Of a stretch of DNA of 64,000 nucleotides, positions 59,752 to 64,000 are shown one piece after another. Both the position numbers and the translations under genes were made by a program. How positions within the stretch are numbered: position 1 is the stretch's first letter; the number at the start of each line of letters is the position of its first letter. The DNA lies in the NCBI GenBank assembly GCA_963789265.1, contig CAWBKB010000001.1:2112001-2176000 (forward strand), given 5' to 3'. Source of the stretch: an uncultured delta proteobacterium (GTDB lineage Bacteria > Desulfobacterota > Desulfomonilia > Desulfomonilales > Desulfomonilaceae). A model generated the notes under the pieces. It saw only the letters and a program-made list of their open reading frames with translations. It was not told the DNA's origin and did not search any database.

Positions 59752-61638
59752 ATGTGCGGAATTTGCGGCATATTTCTACTCGATCCCGGCGATGTGGTGG
59801 CACGTCCGCTGCTCGAACGCATGAACCGTACCATGAATCACCGGGGACCTGATGACGAGGGTTACTACGTGTCGGGACCCGTCGGTTTGGGAATGCGGAG
59901 ACTCAGTATCATCGATCTCGATGGTGGGCGCCAACCGGTGGCAAATGAAGACGAGACGATATCGATCGTATTTAATGGGGAGATCTACAACTACCCGGAA
60001 TTGCGATCGGAACTTCTCGCCAAAGGGCATCGTTTTCGCACTCGCTCGGACACGGAAGTTATAGTCCATCTTTATGAAGAATTGGGGGAGGATTGTGTTT
60101 CTCGTCTGAACGGCATGTTTGCTTTTGCTCTCTGGGATTCGCGCTTCCCCCGCCTCTTCCTCGCCCGGGATCGTCTTGGAATCAAACCTCTGTTCTACTC
60201 GTACGAACCAGGCCGGGCATTTTATTTCGCCAGCGAAATCAAGGCGATTTTAACGACACCCGTCAGCAGACAGCCTGATTATCAGGCGTTGTACGACTAT
60301 CTCTCGCTGATGTACGTGCCCACACCTGCGACCGCCTTCGCTGCGATCAGAAAGCTTCCTCCCGCCTGTGTTATGTCATGTTCGCCCGACTGGTTGGAGA
60401 TCCGAGAATATTGGGACATTCCACTCCCGCGGATCGGTGAAGAGGAATCGACGAAAAATGATTATGAAGAAGAGATTCTCGACCTTGTCGAAACCGCAAT
60501 TCGCCGGCAGATGATATCTGACGTTCCCCTTGGGGCGCTCTTGAGCGGTGGCCTGGATTCTACAACCGTGGCTGCGGTGATGGCTCGCAAGCTCCAGATT
60601 CCTTTCCGGACATTTACCATCGGTTTCGACCGAAGATCGTACGACGAATCGACCGAGGCCAGGCTGGTTGCAACAACACTTGGAACAAATCACCTGGAAG
60701 AAAAAGTCACTCCGGCGATGATCGAGTCCATTCCGGATCTTCTCAACTCGTTCGATGAGCCGTTCGCGGATTATTCGGCTATCCCGACCTTCCTGGTCGC
60801 GGAGATCGCCGCACGTTATGTCAAGGTGGTGCTTACCGGTGACGGTGGGGACGAGGTGTTCGCAGGGTATCCAACTCACGTGGCATACCGAGTCAGCCGA
60901 ATTTTTACCATGATCCCACGATGGTTCCGGGAAAAGCTGATCAAGCCGCTGGTCATGGCCTTGCCCGCTTCCATGGAGAGAATAAGCTTCGATTACAAGG
61001 CCAAGAGATTCGTTTCCGGAGCCGATCTTCCGCTGGAGCGGGGCCATTTCTGGTGGAAAGTAATCTTCAGCGAAGAAGATAAGAACGATCTTTGCAATCG
61101 CGACTGGCTGCAAATGGGGTTGAGAGATAGTTTCGAAGTATTCGACCGACATTTCCGCAAAACACGGCATGCGGATCCGCTTAATCGTTTGCTGTATGTG
61201 GACGCCAAGACCTTTTTGCTCGATGACAATCTGGCTAAGGTCGATCGGATGACAATGGCCAATTCTCTTGAGGCCCGAGTGCCGCTCTTGGACCACGAGC
61301 TGGTGGAACGAGTGGCCCTGATCCCTCCGCGAATCAAATCCAAAGGCCTCCAGACAAAGCGACTCTTACGCAGAGCCGTGCGAAACCTATTGCCGCCTCA
61401 AATTCGTAAAGGCAAGAAGAAGGGGTTCACACCTCCCCTTCCCTTCTGGATCAGGGACGAACTCAAGCAACTTCTTGAAGAATTCTTTGCCGCGGACAGA
61501 TTGAGGGCGACCGGTATGTTGAACGAAAACTACTGCCGGCAATTACTGGACGACCACATACGGGGGAGAAAAGATAACAACAGACAGATCTGGACCATCC
61601 TGGGACTAGTCTGCTGGCTGGAAAAGTATGGAAGTTGA
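59752..61638 (+). CDS. asnB: Asparagine synthase (glutamine-hydrolysing) family amidotransferase
   Basis: MCGI, HRGPD, FNGEIYN, LSGGLDS, EARVPLLD. Confidence 0.93.
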   Translation: MCGICGIFLLDPGDVVARPLLERMNRTMNHRGPDDEGYYVSGPVGLGMRRLSIIDLDGGRQPVANEDETISIVFNGEIYNYPELRSELLAKGHRFRTRSDTEVIVHLYEELGEDCVSRLNGMFAFALWDSRFPRLFLARDRLGIKPLFYSYEPGRAFYFASEIKAILTTPVSRQPDYQALYDYLSLMYVPTPATAFAAIRKLPPACVMSCSPDWLEIREYWDIPLPRIGEEESTKNDYEEEILDLVETAIRRQMISDVPLGALLSGGLDSTTVAAVMARKLQIPFRTFTIGFDRRSYDESTEARLVATTLGTNHLEEKVTPAMIESIPDLLNSFDEPFADYSAIPTFLVAEIAARYVKVVLTGDGGDEVFAGYPTHVAYRVSRIFTMIPRWFREKLIKPLVMALPASMERISFDYKAKRFVSGADLPLERGHFWWKVIFSEEDKNDLCNRDWLQMGLRDSFEVFDRHFRKTRHADPLNRLLYVDAKTFLLDDNLAKVDRMTMANSLEARVPLLDHELVERVALIPPRIKSKGLQTKRLLRRAVRNLLPPQIRKGKKKGFTPPLPFWIRDELKQLLEEFFAADRLRATGMLNENYCRQLLDDHIRGRKDNNRQIWTILGLVCWLEKYGS

Positions 61639-62255
61639 ACAGCAATAGTTGACCGCAGGTCACGTAGAAACCGCGGAGAATTCCGTTTTTTGCCGGATGT
61701 CTATCTGATGGAGCGTGACAGTTTCCGGCTTGTGACCGTTCTGTGGCATGTGGTGAGCCTCACGGAACGCGGGTGAACCGCATTGCTCAGCCCGGTGAGA
61801 CAGGCAGGATGCCTGTCCCACTATTTTTTGTTAATTTTGCGTTAGCAGGCATAGAAATTCCTTGCAAAACAATGTTTGCCTTAATATAGAGTTGATCAGG
61901 CTACAATGTTTCAAATGCGCAATTCATTCAAAACAGCCGTGTGAACTTTTATCGGTCTGAGACGGAGGCTATCCTGGTTTGGGGGTATAAGACGAGCCTC
62001 AAATTTCGGCAAAGGAGCACCCTTGGTCGCGCTCCTATAGTCCACAACTTGGGCCGCGTATAGAACCTTCGGTTCAATCTGACGGGAGTTTCCGCCGAGG
62101 GGCTAAACAAAGTTTTTTTGGCCACGGTATCAATTGTGGACGATTACAAGATGGTGATCCTCAGCAAGCCTGCATAAGGGAATTAGGGTTTCGCTACGCC
62201 CGAGAGAATTCACACAAAACTAACATTTCTTTTACTACCAGGAAAGGAGGAGAAA

Positions 62256-63686
62256 GTGGATTCGGAGGATCAAAAACCAACGACAGACTACTGCGAGACC
62301 AAGGTCTGTGCTGATGAAGCCCCTCTGGTGCCCACTCGCATGGGGTGGAAAGAGCTATACCTGAAAGAGGATTGGTGGGCCATTTGGCTGGGGTTGGGCA
62401 TCGTCTTGGTGGCCTTCTTCTTTTTCGCCGGCGGTTCTTCTATCAGGTGGATCGCCATAGCCCCCGGCAAATGGTCACATTTCGGCGAGTTGGGGAGCCA
62501 TTTTGCCAGTCACATCCTGCAATACGTGGCCCAGTTCATCCTGTGGACGGTGATCTTCAGCATCAGTCTGAAGGCACTGGGGTTCAAGCTGTCCGAATTC
62601 TTACCGGCCTTCATCTTCATTTACGTGGTCTCGATCATCATTTTTATGATCGGCGCCTGGGATCAGGCCCACTATTACAACCTGGAGCCGCCGCTAGTGG
62701 CTCTGATATTGGGCATGCTGATTTCTAACTTGATCGGCTTGCCGAAGTGGATGGACTCCGGCTTCCGGGTGGAATATTACATCAAAACCGGGATCGTCTT
62801 GTTGGGAGCGACATTGCCCTTCACCCTGATCGTCTGGGCCGGTCCGGTGGCGATTGTGCAGGCGTCCATCGTTTCAATCGCTACCTTTTTGGTCATCTAT
62901 TTTGTGGGCAAGAGGTTTGGGCTGGATCGACGGTTGTGCGCCACTCTGGGGGCCGGTGGAGCCGTGTGCGGCGTCTCGGGCTCCATCGCCATCGCCGGGG
63001 CGGTTGGAGCCAAGAAGGAGCATGCGCCCATAGCCATCACAATGGTGATCTTATGGGCCATTGTCATGATCTTTTTCCTTCCCCTGGTTTCCAGGGCCTT
63101 GCGCTTGTCGACCGGCGTTGCCGGGGCCTGGATCGGAACGTCGGAATTCGCGGACGCCGCCGGTTTTGCTGCGGCTCAAGCTTATGGAAACCTGGCCGGC
63201 GCCGTTCATGGTATAACCGGGACCCCGGATGCGGCGGTATGGGGATTCACCCTGATGAAGGTTGTAGGCCGCGACATCTGGATCGGCATTTGGGCGTTCG
63301 TGTTGGCGCTTATCGCCACCACCCGGTGGGAAGTCAAGGAAGGGGAGAAACCTCGAGCCGCCGAGATCTGGTGGCGCTTCCCCAAGTTTGTCCTGGGCTT
63401 TGCCCTGGCATCTATCATCATGACCGTAATAGCCAGCCATTTTTCCTTCGCCGACTACAACAAAATCGTTAAACCTCTGCTGGTTGACCCCATCACGACT
63501 TTGCGGACTTGGGCCTTCATTTTCTGCTTCTTCAGCATTGGACTCACTACCCGCTTCCGAGAACTCGCCGCCACCGGCTCTAAACCTTTCTGGGCCTTCA
63601 CCAGTGGCGTCGCAGTCAACGTGGTTCTCGGATTTATACTGTCGGCAATGGTATTTGCGGCCTACTGGACCAGTTTGTCCCATTAA
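62256..63686 (+). CDS. Putative sulfate exporter (YeiH/PSE) family transporter
   Basis: EYYIKTGIVLLG, GAVCGVSG, RFPKFVLGF, many TMs; AGGAGG RBS. Confidence 0.88.
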   Translation: MDSEDQKPTTDYCETKVCADEAPLVPTRMGWKELYLKEDWWAIWLGLGIVLVAFFFFAGGSSIRWIAIAPGKWSHFGELGSHFASHILQYVAQFILWTVIFSISLKALGFKLSEFLPAFIFIYVVSIIIFMIGAWDQAHYYNLEPPLVALILGMLISNLIGLPKWMDSGFRVEYYIKTGIVLLGATLPFTLIVWAGPVAIVQASIVSIATFLVIYFVGKRFGLDRRLCATLGAGGAVCGVSGSIAIAGAVGAKKEHAPIAITMVILWAIVMIFFLPLVSRALRLSTGVAGAWIGTSEFADAAGFAAAQAYGNLAGAVHGITGTPDAAVWGFTLMKVVGRDIWIGIWAFVLALIATTRWEVKEGEKPRAAEIWWRFPKFVLGFALASIIMTVIASHFSFADYNKIVKPLLVDPITTLRTWAFIFCFFSIGLTTRFRELAATGSKPFWAFTSGVAVNVVLGFILSAMVFAAYWTSLSH

Positions 63687-63696
63687 AATCTTGTCT

Positions 63697-63737
63697 CGGA
63701 CCCGGCCCCTCGGATTTGAGAGGGGCCCGGGTTTCGC
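63697..63737 (+). terminator. GC-rich hairpin after the transporter gene
   Basis: GGCCCCTC...GAGGGGCC stem; weak U-tract. Confidence 0.4.
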
Positions 63738-63802
63738 TCCAGTAAGTTCCTGTTCGCAGCCATCAGGCAGAAGACAGTGCAGAGACTGAACCAGGAGGCC
63801 TT

Positions 63803-64000
63803 ATGCAACGCTCTGAACAAAAACCGCAGTGCCTTCAGTGCAGGCATTTTCGGAATTCCCCGGAGTATTTGGAATCCGTGTTCAAGGGGCTCACCACATT
63901 GAGTTCCGGGTACGCCTCGGTCAGGTGTGAAGACGGTATATGCCTGTTGAATGACCGGTATCTTGCTGCCAACCGAAGCTGCGATCAATTCGAGCCGCAT
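63803..64000 (+). CDS. Small Cys-rich protein (partial, runs off window end)
   Basis: Manual translation: ATG after AGGAGG gives MQRSEQKPQCLQCRHFRNSPEYLESVFKGLTTLSSGYASVRCEDGICLLNDRYLAANRSCDQFEPH. Confidence 0.7.
   Translation, partial: MQRSEQKPQCLQCRHFRNSPEYLESVFKGLTTLSSGYASVRCEDGICLLNDRYLAANRSCDQFEPH

Noticed and set aside
63683..64000. 105-aa minus-strand ORF
   Set aside because: Crosses a hairpin and is antisense to a plus-strand ORF with strong RBS and a Cys motif

Overview
Chromosomal window from an anaerobic Gram-negative bacterium; gene content and style suggest Desulfobacterota (Desulfomonile/Syntrophus-like, inferred). It holds a sigma54-controlled LIV-type ABC transporter/acyl-CoA ligase operon with its NtrC-type two-component system, nifSU, an IS1182 element, housekeeping genes (rlmB, rpoZ, yicC, dksA, kdsD, glmM, proS, coaE, asnB), and an accessory/defence region (PstI/BsuBI-type RM pair, large dynamin-like GTPase, integrase remnant, hicAB, cupins). 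Main highlights: (1) a two-gene operon, mis-called by the ORF track, in which both a HesB/IscA-like and an FmdB-like protein appear to read UGA as selenocysteine, each with a SECIS-like hairpin; (2) a divergent catabolic cluster (class III CoA-transferase, atypical B12 acyl-CoA mutase, PaaK-like ligase / HcrB-type xanthine-oxidase-family enzyme lacking the canonical catalytic Glu, CoA ligase) resembling parts of anaerobic indoleacetate/aryl-CoA pathways; (3) several MITE families that carry REP-like hairpins as cargo and nest in each other. About ten genes, including essential proS, are broken by small indels, most likely sequencing/assembly errors. No rRNA, tRNA or CRISPR array was recognised.
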